From Bdellovibrionales bacterium (GTDB lineage: Bacteria; Bdellovibrionota; Bdellovibrionia; Bdellovibrionales; CAYMLA01), in the NCBI GenBank assembly GCA_965217115.1, contig OZ244239.1, positions 1,938,791-2,002,790 of the forward strand: a DNA stretch of 64,000 nucleotides. The letters run 5' to 3'. The notes beneath the pieces are model-generated. The model was not told where the DNA came from and did no database searches. It saw only the letters and a list, made by a program, of their open reading frames with translations. Below are positions 50,652 to 59,342 of the stretch, in pieces (position 1 is the first letter of the stretch; every line of letters begins with the position of its first letter). The position numbers were made by a program, and so were the translations under genes.

Positions 50652-52166
50652 CTATTTATTACGGGAACTGGGGCGCTGTGTCGTAACCTGTTCTTGTTCG
50701 AGAAAGTTCTGGATATTTTGGTGATAGGAGGAGTTCTTTGCTCTTCCCATGGGAGAGGCCCTTTGCTCGCAGTTGCTTATAGAGCACCTTTCACAGGTTT
50801 GCCCAACCTCTTTTCTGGTGATGACCGAGTCTTCAGAGAAGGAGATAAGTCTCTTGGCATTCTCATCCATGGAAATACCTAATGTGAAGCCCACTTTTAT
50901 ATCCGAGTTGAGTTCCTGGTCTTCGGCAACTGAGAGACAGAGGTAATCTGTTTTTTCGTCGATAAAGAAGGAACGTTGAATGCCAGCAGTAAGACTCCTC
51001 GGGTTGTCTTTGCAAAGATTTTGTAAGAGAGAGGTGGTGATCCAACGTCGACAGTACTGTTCATCATTTTTAATTTCATGGGGGGAATGGAGCTGGGATA
51101 AATGAAGTTCTTGTGACAGATAAAAGTGCTCCTGTTTGGTGTCGTAGTAGAATTTTAAATAGAAGATATCTTTTAAATTAAAAAATGTGGGCAAAACCTG
51201 AGTGAGACGTTGAAAGAAGGTCTCTGTTGTTCCAGAGTAGGTCTGAATCCATTGGGAAAACCCTTGCCCATCCCATTTATCTTCAAGGAAGAGGTTTTTT
51301 ATTTGACCGATAAATGTTTGTTGCGGGATTAAAAAAGCGTTGGAGAAGTAAGTAGCTTGAAAATCATTATAAAGTTGAGAGAGTGACTCTAGTTCAAAGT
51401 TTGAAGTCAAGGGTCGCTCTTTAAGCTTCATATAGGAAAAGGCAATTTCCTTTAAAAGAATTGAGTAAAGAGATTTAGGAGAGATGTTCCCGTTGATGAA
51501 AGTAGTTATAGCACTTCCTTTTTTTTTGCAAAAGAAAGTTAATGATTGAATTTCTAAGGGGTAATCGTCGAAAGATTCAATGATGACGTCTTTTCCAAAA
51601 ACTGAGTTGAGAGTTTCAACAAGAAAACCTACAGGGGGAAGTTGGGAAAAATCTGAGAGATTAAGCTCAGTTTTGAATGCCTTTACTTTTTCTTCTATCT
51701 GGGGGAAAAAATTATCATGACTGTTAAGATGGCCCCTTAAAATAGCAATAAAAAAATCTTCCACTTGAATACTGTGTATGCGCATTATTTCTAAAAATGT
51801 AGCTAAGAGTTGTTTCATTTGTTTTGGGTTTTTTGTTAATGACTGGAAAATGGTCCGGTTGGAGAATCCTAATAATTCAAGGGGGAGTTCAGTGACAAAT
51901 TGAGATTTTAAAGTCTGTGAAAGATTTAAGAACTCCTTATTGAGTTCAAAGGAAGAGAGCTGCTGCTCTGGGACTGAGAGTGCCTGAGAGAGCAGGGTGA
52001 TTTTATCAGAGCGAGGGTATTTTTTTCCCTGTTCAATCTCGTTGAGATAAGATGGAGAAAGCCCTGATTTGAGTGAGAGTTCTTTTAAGGAAAGATTCTG
52101 ATTTTTCCTCAACCCCCTTAATTTAAACCCTAGAATAAGGCGCAACATTTCTTTATTAAGAATCAT
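50652..52166 (-). CDS. XRE-family regulator with a large C-terminal domain (ScfR/PrpR/RamB-like, DUF2083-type)
   Basis: 504 aa. N-terminal HTH LSLKELSLKSGLSPSYLNEIEQGKKYP. C-terminal Cys motif CERCSISNCEQR. Confidence 0.55.
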   Translation of the reverse strand: MILNKEMLRLILGFKLRGLRKNQNLSLKELSLKSGLSPSYLNEIEQGKKYPRSDKITLLSQALSVPEQQLSSFELNKEFLNLSQTLKSQFVTELPLELLGFSNRTIFQSLTKNPKQMKQLLATFLEIMRIHSIQVEDFFIAILRGHLNSHDNFFPQIEEKVKAFKTELNLSDFSQLPPVGFLVETLNSVFGKDVIIESFDDYPLEIQSLTFFCKKKGSAITTFINGNISPKSLYSILLKEIAFSYMKLKERPLTSNFELESLSQLYNDFQATYFSNAFLIPQQTFIGQIKNLFLEDKWDGQGFSQWIQTYSGTTETFFQRLTQVLPTFFNLKDIFYLKFYYDTKQEHFYLSQELHLSQLHSPHEIKNDEQYCRRWITTSLLQNLCKDNPRSLTAGIQRSFFIDEKTDYLCLSVAEDQELNSDIKVGFTLGISMDENAKRLISFSEDSVITRKEVGQTCERCSISNCEQRASPMGRAKNSSYHQNIQNFLEQEQVTTQRPSSRNK

Positions 52167-52328
52167 GGATGAGTTCCTGTCTGGTTATTCTTCATAAGTA
52201 TAGCACTGACCATTATAGGATCTAGTTTTTTTTAGAACACGCCTAAATGTACGCCTCTGATATAACTTGATGCGTTGGGGGCGAGGTTTTTCATTGAGGT
52301 TTTTTATGTGAATCTGTTGAAATAGGTA

Positions 52329-53585
52329 ATGCCAAAAGTGAGGTTATGCTTATTATTATTTCCTATTTTAACTGGTTGTTCTTTTATAAATGACAGTGAA
52401 AGTTTAAAACAGGAACCAGTTTTAAATAAGACCTCCTATCGTGTAAGTTCTGTGAGGGTAAAAAAGAATTCTAATATTTCTGAGACATTAAAAAACCTAG
52501 GTATGAACTCGCAAGAGGTTTATGATGTCACAGAATCAGCGAGATCCCTTCTTGATTTTTCTAAGGTACTGGTCGGAACTGAACTTATTATCTTTAGAGA
52601 TTTACCGCCATTAAAAAAAATCATGAAACTGCAGTTAAAAATATCTGATGTTCGTGATCTTATTTGGAATTATCAGGATGGAAATTGGAAGGCCTTATTT
52701 AAAGATAAAGATGTGCAGTTTAGAGCGTTGGGTTTTTCTGGCGAGGTGAGTCAGTCTTTGTGGGATTCAGCTTTGGAGTCTGGCTTGAGCCCCCAAATTA
52801 TTATTGATTTGGCTGATATTTTGGCATGGCAAGTGGATTTTGCTAGAGAAGTTCGTAAGGGCGATTATTGGAGAATTCTTGTTAATCAGCGTCTGGTTGA
52901 TGGAAAGCCACTAGGGTGGGGGAAAATTTTAGCAGCCGAGTATAAAGGTTATAAAAGCTCTTATATAGCTGTCTTGTACCCAGAAAAAGGAAGGAATCGC
53001 CAAGGGTACTTTAACCTGCTCGGACAGAGTATGAGAGGTCAATTTCTAAAAAGCCCTATTAAATTTGGTAGAATTAGTTCCCGATTCCAGAAAAATCGGT
53101 TTCACCCTATTTTGAAAGTGAGGAGACCCCATTTAGGGGTGGATTATGCGGCGCCGAGGGGAACTCCAGTCAGAGCGGTGGGGGATGGTGTGGTTTTTAG
53201 GAAAGGGTACACACGTGGATCGGGAAAATTCCTAAAAATCCGTCATAATTCTATTTATAAAACGGCCTACAGGCACTTGAGCCGTTTTGCGAGGGGAATT
53301 AAGAGGAGATCCCATGTTCGTCAGGGGCAAATCATAGGTTATGTGGGGTCGACAGGTTTAGCCACAGGGCCACATTTGCATTTTGAATTTTATCAGAATG
53401 ACCGTTTTATAGATCCTTTGGGGCAGAAGTTTCCCCGTGTGAATTCATTGCCCGATGGAGAGAAGGATGCGTATAAGAAATACGCTGAAAAAATCATCAG
53501 CTACTTTCCTCTTAAGCGCTACGAAGAAAAAAGTGAAGCTTCTAAATTTAGAGACTCCTATTTTAAGGAATACAAAAGTAAATGA
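52329..53585 (+). CDS. M23-family metallopeptidase
   Basis: 418 aa. HLGVDYAAPRGTPVRAVGDG and GSTGLATGPHLHFE zinc motifs. Lipobox LTGC. Confidence 0.85.
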   Translation: MPKVRLCLLLFPILTGCSFINDSESLKQEPVLNKTSYRVSSVRVKKNSNISETLKNLGMNSQEVYDVTESARSLLDFSKVLVGTELIIFRDLPPLKKIMKLQLKISDVRDLIWNYQDGNWKALFKDKDVQFRALGFSGEVSQSLWDSALESGLSPQIIIDLADILAWQVDFAREVRKGDYWRILVNQRLVDGKPLGWGKILAAEYKGYKSSYIAVLYPEKGRNRQGYFNLLGQSMRGQFLKSPIKFGRISSRFQKNRFHPILKVRRPHLGVDYAAPRGTPVRAVGDGVVFRKGYTRGSGKFLKIRHNSIYKTAYRHLSRFARGIKRRSHVRQGQIIGYVGSTGLATGPHLHFEFYQNDRFIDPLGQKFPRVNSLPDGEKDAYKKYAEKIISYFPLKRYEEKSEASKFRDSYFKEYKSK

Positions 53586-53623
53586 GCAGGCCGTCTCATA
53601 AATAATCACAGCCTTTGTTATTT

Positions 53624-54202
53624 TTATGAAAATTCTTGGTTACAGAAATCCCAGTTTACAAGATTCCAAAAGCTCTCGACGTATTTGGGACGTGCATTGC
53701 GATAATCCACATAATAGGCATGCTCCCAAACATCACAAGTTAAAATAGGTATGACTCCGTCAGTGAGAGGGCAGCCAGCATTTTGAGTTTGAATGATTGA
53801 GAGTTTCCCAGAACTGTCTTTTACGAGCCATGCCCACCCAGAGCCGAATAAAGTAACTGCAGCTTTAGAGAACTGTTCTTTGAAATCAACAAAGGAGCCA
53901 AAATCTTTACTGATGGCATCAGCCAGAGCGCCGCTAGGTTCTCCGCCCCCTTTGGGTGAAAGACAATTCCAGTAGAAAGAGTGGTTAAAAACCTGTGCGG
54001 CATTGTTGAACATTCCGCCGTTGGATTTTGTAATAATATCCTCAAGGCTGGCATCAGAAAACTCGGTGCCTTCAATAAGGCCATTGAGTTTATCGACATA
54101 AGATTGATGATGTTTTCCATAATGAAATTCTAGAGTTTCTTTTGAAATATGAGGCTGAAGAGCATCCATTGAATAGGGAAGCACTGGTAATTTTATAGAC
54201 AT
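53624..54202 (-). CDS. sodB: iron superoxide dismutase
   Basis: 192 aa. LPYSMDALQPHISKETLEFHYGKHHQ, AAQVFNHSFYW, and DVWEHAYY. Confidence 0.9.
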   Translation of the reverse strand: MSIKLPVLPYSMDALQPHISKETLEFHYGKHHQSYVDKLNGLIEGTEFSDASLEDIITKSNGGMFNNAAQVFNHSFYWNCLSPKGGGEPSGALADAISKDFGSFVDFKEQFSKAAVTLFGSGWAWLVKDSSGKLSIIQTQNAGCPLTDGVIPILTCDVWEHAYYVDYRNARPKYVESFWNLVNWDFCNQEFS

Positions 54203-54269
54203 ATTAACTCCTAGATGAAATTTTAAATATACAGTAGAGATATAGCAGAGACTTCTTCTCTCTTCAAGT

Positions 54270-55220
54270 CTATTTTGTAACGGTGATCCCTAGCTGTTCC
54301 TCAATGTCCTTCTTCAGTTTTTCGTCAGGGCTGAGAGTTTTAGCTCTTGAGACACCTTGGCTAAGATCGAAGGCTTGGTAGAGTGTTTCGAGATATTCAT
54401 CATTGGTTAGAGACAGAAAGAAGGAGGTGCTTCTGCAATTGGCTTTGAATTTAGCTATCTTAGAACTGGGTTTATTAGAGTGGAACTTTATCCCTTGGGA
54501 GTTGGAGCTGAGTTTCATCTCAATATTGTTATCATTCACTATTGTGGCTAGAGAGGTTATTTTGCAGGGGATAGAGATATGAGTTGTGACTTCTCTATCT
54601 GTGTAAATGCCCTTGTTATTAAGCGCAGAGGGTTTGAGTTTTAATATTTTCTCATCCCAGGCTGATATTTTGAAAGCGACTTTTTGAATAGAGAGGCGGA
54701 TTTTGAGTTTAATAAGATAGCTGGTCGTGGGCTTGGCGATGTTTTGAGCATTGAGCTTTTGTGTTATGTAAAAAAAAGCAATATAGGTGTTTGTCTTTTT
54801 ATTCCTTAATATTTTTTTTATAGAAACCTTCTGCCAGCCCATATTGTCCGAAAAATAGTCAAGGGTGTGTCTGTATTCACTTAAGACTTTCTTTTCCAAG
54901 TGAGGGCTGAAGTGTGAGCTTATGAATGTAAGTTTCTTCTCAATACCAGGTGCGTCACTAAGACGACCAGTCGCTGTTAGATCAGTCTCCCTTAAATCAG
55001 TCTCAGTTAAACCAGTCTTAGTTAAACCAATAGTGTAGTAATGTCTCAAAAAACCCCTCAAAAACACCCCCCCTCTCTCCGTGTGAGTTTTTTTTACCTC
55101 TTGGGTTTTATTAGAATCCGGAAAGGGAAAAAAAGAGAAATAGGTCGCGATGACTGCCCACGTAAATAAGAAGAGGGAAAGTCCCCTGTAGCTATTGATC
55201 TTAATCTTATCTGTCGTCAT
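54270..55220 (-). CDS. hypothetical membrane-anchored protein with a pentapeptide tandem repeat
   Basis: 316 aa with an N-terminal TM helix. GLTKTGLTETDLRETDLTATG is encoded by a 15-bp repeat. Confidence 0.5.
   Translation of the reverse strand: MTTDKIKINSYRGLSLFLFTWAVIATYFSFFPFPDSNKTQEVKKTHTERGGVFLRGFLRHYYTIGLTKTGLTETDLRETDLTATGRLSDAPGIEKKLTFISSHFSPHLEKKVLSEYRHTLDYFSDNMGWQKVSIKKILRNKKTNTYIAFFYITQKLNAQNIAKPTTSYLIKLKIRLSIQKVAFKISAWDEKILKLKPSALNNKGIYTDREVTTHISIPCKITSLATIVNDNNIEMKLSSNSQGIKFHSNKPSSKIAKFKANCRSTSFFLSLTNDEYLETLYQAFDLSQGVSRAKTLSPDEKLKKDIEEQLGITVTK
54976..55035. repeat. 15-bp tandem repeat x4 inside a CDS
   Basis: GTTAGATCAGTCTCC / CTTAAATCAGTCTCA / GTTAAACCAGTCTTA / GTTAAACCAATAGTG, read directly. 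Confidence 0.85.
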
Positions 55221-55222
55221 AA

Positions 55223-55693
55223 TCAGTTCTTAGTGTTTATTTTTTCTATCATCATATCTTGATGAAATTTTCTATTTTCGCCATCGGAGATCCATTTGTC
55301 CATTTTATAAACCTTCCATTTAACTTTTTTCGTTCGTTTTTTCTCAAAGGGAGTTTTGAAGAATCCCTTGCCTTCAGTGATGAGTTGAAATTCAGATTTA
55401 CTTTTAAGCGTGGTATTCTCTAGTCTCAGCTTCTTAAGTTCCTCGTCATCATTGAAATAATAATTACCGAAGAGGGCCGTTGCGGCGATAAAAGCAGATC
55501 CCCAGGTCAGAGCATGGAATTCAGGTTTTTCGTTTACGGGGGTTGTAGCAAGACCAACACCAGCTCCGATGGGCATGGCTAGCCCCATGGCTGCCCATCT
55601 AGATTTAGAGTTAGTTGCACAGCCAAAAACAAAAAAAACGAGTAGGAAAACGCGCACAAGTTCAAGTTTTAGGGCTTTTGAGATGAATTTCAA
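55223..55693 (-). CDS. small lipoprotein, unknown function
   Basis: 156 aa with lipobox VFGC. Overlaps the upstream kinase gene. Confidence 0.5.
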   Translation of the reverse strand: MKFISKALKLELVRVFLLVFFVFGCATNSKSRWAAMGLAMPIGAGVGLATTPVNEKPEFHALTWGSAFIAATALFGNYYFNDDEELKKLRLENTTLKSKSEFQLITEGKGFFKTPFEKKRTKKVKWKVYKMDKWISDGENRKFHQDMMIEKINTKN

Positions 55694-56930
55694 AACAAGT
55701 TCCTTTGTTGAGAGTGGATTGGGCGTTTATAGTGCCACCCCATTCTTTAATTTTACGATGAGCGTAATAAAGTCCTAACCCATTTCCTGATTCTTTACCA
55801 GAAGTAAAATCCTCATCAAAAATATGGGGAAGATCCTGTTCAGAAATGCCACACCCGTTATCTGTGATAGAGAGTGTGAGAGCGTCTTCTTTTTCCTGAA
55901 CCTTGCAGTCGATGGTTCCCGATGAGGGGATGATGGCTTCAATGCTGTTATTGAGCAAATTAGAGAGGACTCGCTTGAGTTCAGTGGGGGAGCAAATTGC
56001 TTCTAAATCGTTGGCAACATCCATATTGAAATTAATATTTTTATATAGAACGATCTTGTCATTGATAACGTCGAGAATGAGAGGTCTAACTAAAAGAGGT
56101 TGAATTTTATTTAGACGATAGCGGTTTTTCCGATTATTTTTTAAGAGATCATCGCTTGTTTCAAGAATTCTGTTAATGGATGATTTAATGATAGACGAGG
56201 CTGGCTCAGAAATATCCGAGTTGGACTCGTGTAGGGCTATATTGAGGGACATCACAGGGGAGCGAATATCGTGGGCGACTTGTTTTGTGATTTTTGAGAG
56301 TTCTTTCTCGGCATTTAAGGCTGTATGAATTTCTTTGAGTTCTATTCTTGAATAAATACCCTGTCTAACAAGACTGATAAGCTTGTTGGTGATGTTATCC
56401 TGATAACTAATGTTTAGTGTCATTTTTGGATCTTTGTTCCATTTTTTTAAGACATCGAGTGTCGAGATGAGTGATTTTTTGTAACCCAATAGTGGAAAAA
56501 AGGCGGCAATAATAATTAATACTGAGGCTAAAGTTGTTATAAAGATAAATAAAGAGGAGGTCAGGGTGGATTTAATAATCTTAGCTTTTGAAATACAGGT
56601 GTTGATTTTTCCGAGGTGCAGTCCTCTGAGAGTGAGATTGTTAGATGTGGGGTAGAGACAATGGGGAGGGTTTTTCCCTTGTGACCAGGAGTATGCTGTG
56701 TAATTGTTCTGCAAAACTTTATATTGGGAGATAGGAAAATTCTGCAAGCCTGTGATAAGTTTAGCCACAAGTTCATGGTTTTTGTTCTGAAAGAGATTGT
56801 CGGCAATTTCATATTTCCATTGAGAGATGTACTGAGAAATATCAAATTTGGCTTGCTTGTGATTAGACTCAAGCAAGGTTTGATAGAAGAGGAAAATAAA
56901 GGCCCCTGTAGCACAGAAAATTGAAAACAA
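55662..56930 (-). CDS. sensor histidine kinase (no adjacent response regulator)
   Basis: 422 aa. Two TM segments flank a periplasmic region. H-box VAHDIRSP, N-box LSNLLNNSIEA, and G-box GNGLGLY. TTG start. Confidence 0.85.
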   Translation of the reverse strand: MFSIFCATGAFIFLFYQTLLESNHKQAKFDISQYISQWKYEIADNLFQNKNHELVAKLITGLQNFPISQYKVLQNNYTAYSWSQGKNPPHCLYPTSNNLTLRGLHLGKINTCISKAKIIKSTLTSSLFIFITTLASVLIIIAAFFPLLGYKKSLISTLDVLKKWNKDPKMTLNISYQDNITNKLISLVRQGIYSRIELKEIHTALNAEKELSKITKQVAHDIRSPVMSLNIALHESNSDISEPASSIIKSSINRILETSDDLLKNNRKNRYRLNKIQPLLVRPLILDVINDKIVLYKNINFNMDVANDLEAICSPTELKRVLSNLLNNSIEAIIPSSGTIDCKVQEKEDALTLSITDNGCGISEQDLPHIFDEDFTSGKESGNGLGLYYAHRKIKEWGGTINAQSTLNKGTCFEIHLKSPKT

Positions 56931-57046
56931 GGGTTTTTTTATGAGTTGGCTTATATGACCTCCACGGGGCGCCAGTATAACTGTTTTTTGGTGAAATAAG
57001 GGAAAAAGAAGTTGTTTTGAAAGGTTTTCACTGAAGTCGCTCTCTT

Positions 57047-58405
57047 TTAAGGTGAGAAAGAGACAGCTTGCCCTTTTGGCTGACCAATAACTTCATCGTC
57101 TCTCATTGCGATGTCACCAGACAGGATGGTTGCAACGGGCCAACCTTGACATTGAAAACCGTCAAATGGGGTCCAACCGGAGAGACATTCAATCCAATTG
57201 TCAGTGATAGTTTTTTTGATTTTGAGGTCTATTAATGTGAAGTCGGCATCAAAACCTTCTGCTATTTGTCCTTTATTTTGAACTCCGTAAATGCGCGATG
57301 GGTTGTAGCTTGTAAGTTGAGTGAGGCGCTCTAAGTTGAGGCGCTGGTTGTTGACGTGGGTGAGCATAACAGGAAGAAGGGTTTGCACTCCAGGCATACC
57401 TGAGGGAGATCGAGGGTAGGGGAGTGACTTTTCTGTGAGCGTGTGGGGAGCGTGATCGGAGCCAATAACGTCGACGGTGCCATTGGTGATTCCGCGCCAA
57501 AGGGCCTCGTGGTGATGTCGTGAGCGTATGGGAGGGTTCATTTGCACTTTAGTTCCTAATTGCGTGTAACATTCGGGAGCATAAAAAGAGAGATGCTGGG
57601 GAAGACACTCGACAGTGACAAGATCTTTAGCAGTAGAGTTTTTGAGCTCTCTTAGAAACTCGATTTCCTTTTGACTTGTTATGTGAAGAACATGCACGGG
57701 GCGATTTGTTTTCTGTGCGAGTTGGGTGATTTCTTGGGTGGCAAGAAAGGCCGTGTCTTCATCTCTCCACTGGGGGTGATCGTGGACATTTTTTGATTGC
57801 ATGGCGATGTTTTTTCTTTCATTGAGCCTTTTTTCATCTTCACAGTGAATAGCGATCCGTCTTCCTCCATTACTGAGGATGTCCTCCAAATCTTGGGAGT
57901 CATCAACTAAAAGAGAGCCAGTGGAACTGCCCATAAATATCTTAACTCCAACGCAGCCAGGTAATTTTTCAAGCTCATGTAACTGGTGGATGTTTTCTTT
58001 GCAGGCCCCTATGAAAAAAGCGTAATTAACCCAACATCGATCTTTGGCTAGAGACATTTTCTGTTCAAAGGCTTTTTTGTTTGTTGTATTAGGAGATGTG
58101 TTGGGCATTTCAAAAACAGCAGTGACGCCTCCCTTTAGGGCGCCAAGTGTTCCTGCGGCGAGGTCTTCTTTGTGGGTGAGGCCTGGTTCTCGAAAATGAA
58201 CTTGGCTGTCGATGCACCCCGGTAAGAGATGTAAGTGAGTTGCATCAATGGTCTCTGTGGAATCACTCAGCGCAGAGGTGGAGATGCATGTGATTTTCCC
58301 GTTTTGACAGCCAATGGATAGAGGTTCAATGGTGTGTTGCCACCTTTGGCCAGGTTTATAGACAATGGTCTGAGCGTTATTAATAACAAGATCGAATTTA
58401 TGCAT
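57047..58405 (-). CDS. pyrC: dihydroorotase (cyclic amidohydrolase family)
   Basis: 452 aa. DSQVHFREPG and GGVTAVFEMPNT, with a GSDHAPH motif. Confidence 0.8.
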   Translation of the reverse strand: MHKFDLVINNAQTIVYKPGQRWQHTIEPLSIGCQNGKITCISTSALSDSTETIDATHLHLLPGCIDSQVHFREPGLTHKEDLAAGTLGALKGGVTAVFEMPNTSPNTTNKKAFEQKMSLAKDRCWVNYAFFIGACKENIHQLHELEKLPGCVGVKIFMGSSTGSLLVDDSQDLEDILSNGGRRIAIHCEDEKRLNERKNIAMQSKNVHDHPQWRDEDTAFLATQEITQLAQKTNRPVHVLHITSQKEIEFLRELKNSTAKDLVTVECLPQHLSFYAPECYTQLGTKVQMNPPIRSRHHHEALWRGITNGTVDVIGSDHAPHTLTEKSLPYPRSPSGMPGVQTLLPVMLTHVNNQRLNLERLTQLTSYNPSRIYGVQNKGQIAEGFDADFTLIDLKIKKTITDNWIECLSGWTPFDGFQCQGWPVATILSGDIAMRDDEVIGQPKGQAVSFSP

Positions 58406-58485
58406 AGATCAAACTCCCTAGTCTCGTTATTTTAACTTGGTTTTAAGAGAAGGTCTAGTCATAGTCGTGACTTACTTAAGTTTCT

Positions 58486-58516
58486 TTGACGAGTTGCTCT
58501 TGAAACAGGGTATAAT
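58486..58516 (+). promoter_or_regulatory. possible sigma70-type promoter for 58592..59323
   Basis: TTGACG (58486-58491) and a perfect TATAAT (58511-58516). The spacer is 19 nt, which is suboptimal. Confidence 0.3.
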
Positions 58517-58591
58517 ATAGGAGTTGAAGTCTCATCATTTTTTAGAGGCTTTTTTAGACACGAATGCAGAGTTAATAGATGAGGGTGTGTC

Positions 58592-59323
58592 ATGTTTTTT
58601 ATGAGCCGTATTATCGTGTTAGGAATGTTGTTGTTTTCAGTGAGTATCTATGGAGCTAAGAGTCCCCGTGTTAATGAACGGCTAATGATTGAAACTCTAA
58701 AGTTACCTGTAAAACATCGTTATTTGGCACTAAGAAAAATGGAAAATCATTCGCTGCCTTATTTGCGTAGGATTGTGAATAATAAAAAAGAGAATATGTC
58801 GTTGCGTTGGAGAGCACTCTCTTCTTTAGCAAAAATCTATGGTAGGAAAAGTTTACCAGATTTGTTGAAAGCATCTAGGGATTCACAGTGGTATATGCGC
58901 AATGGAGCTCTAGTTGGTTTGGCCCACGTTGATAAAGATCAGGCGTTGAAACTGTCTAAAAGATTATTGCAAGATGATGCTATGGTCGTAAGGGCAGCAG
59001 CGGTGAATGTTTTGGCAGAACACGGCGACAATCGTCACAAGGAATTGATTTGGAAGTCATTGAATAATCCAAAAAACTTCCATAGAGGCCGAAGCTTATG
59101 GATAAGGAAGAACACTGCTCGGGCTTTCTTAAGCATGGCAGCATATGGTGATGAGAGTAAAATGGTTAAATTATTAGGCGATAAGGACAAAGCTCTTCAC
59201 GCTGTTGGTGTATTGGGTCTAGAGAGGTTAGCGGGGAAAAAATTAGAAGATCCCTATGAGTTTGTGATGAATAAAAAAAAGTATTGGACAAAATGGTGGC
59301 AGGATCGATCTCTTGTTCGCTAG
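58592..59323 (+). CDS. secreted HEAT/PBS-lyase-like repeat protein
   Basis: 243 aa with a signal peptide. Repeated RWRALSSL / MRNGALVGL / VRAAAVNVL helices. Confidence 0.55.
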   Translation: MFFMSRIIVLGMLLFSVSIYGAKSPRVNERLMIETLKLPVKHRYLALRKMENHSLPYLRRIVNNKKENMSLRWRALSSLAKIYGRKSLPDLLKASRDSQWYMRNGALVGLAHVDKDQALKLSKRLLQDDAMVVRAAAVNVLAEHGDNRHKELIWKSLNNPKNFHRGRSLWIRKNTARAFLSMAAYGDESKMVKLLGDKDKALHAVGVLGLERLAGKKLEDPYEFVMNKKKYWTKWWQDRSLVR

Positions 59324-59342
59324 GTTTTCGGGGGAGGAAAGT

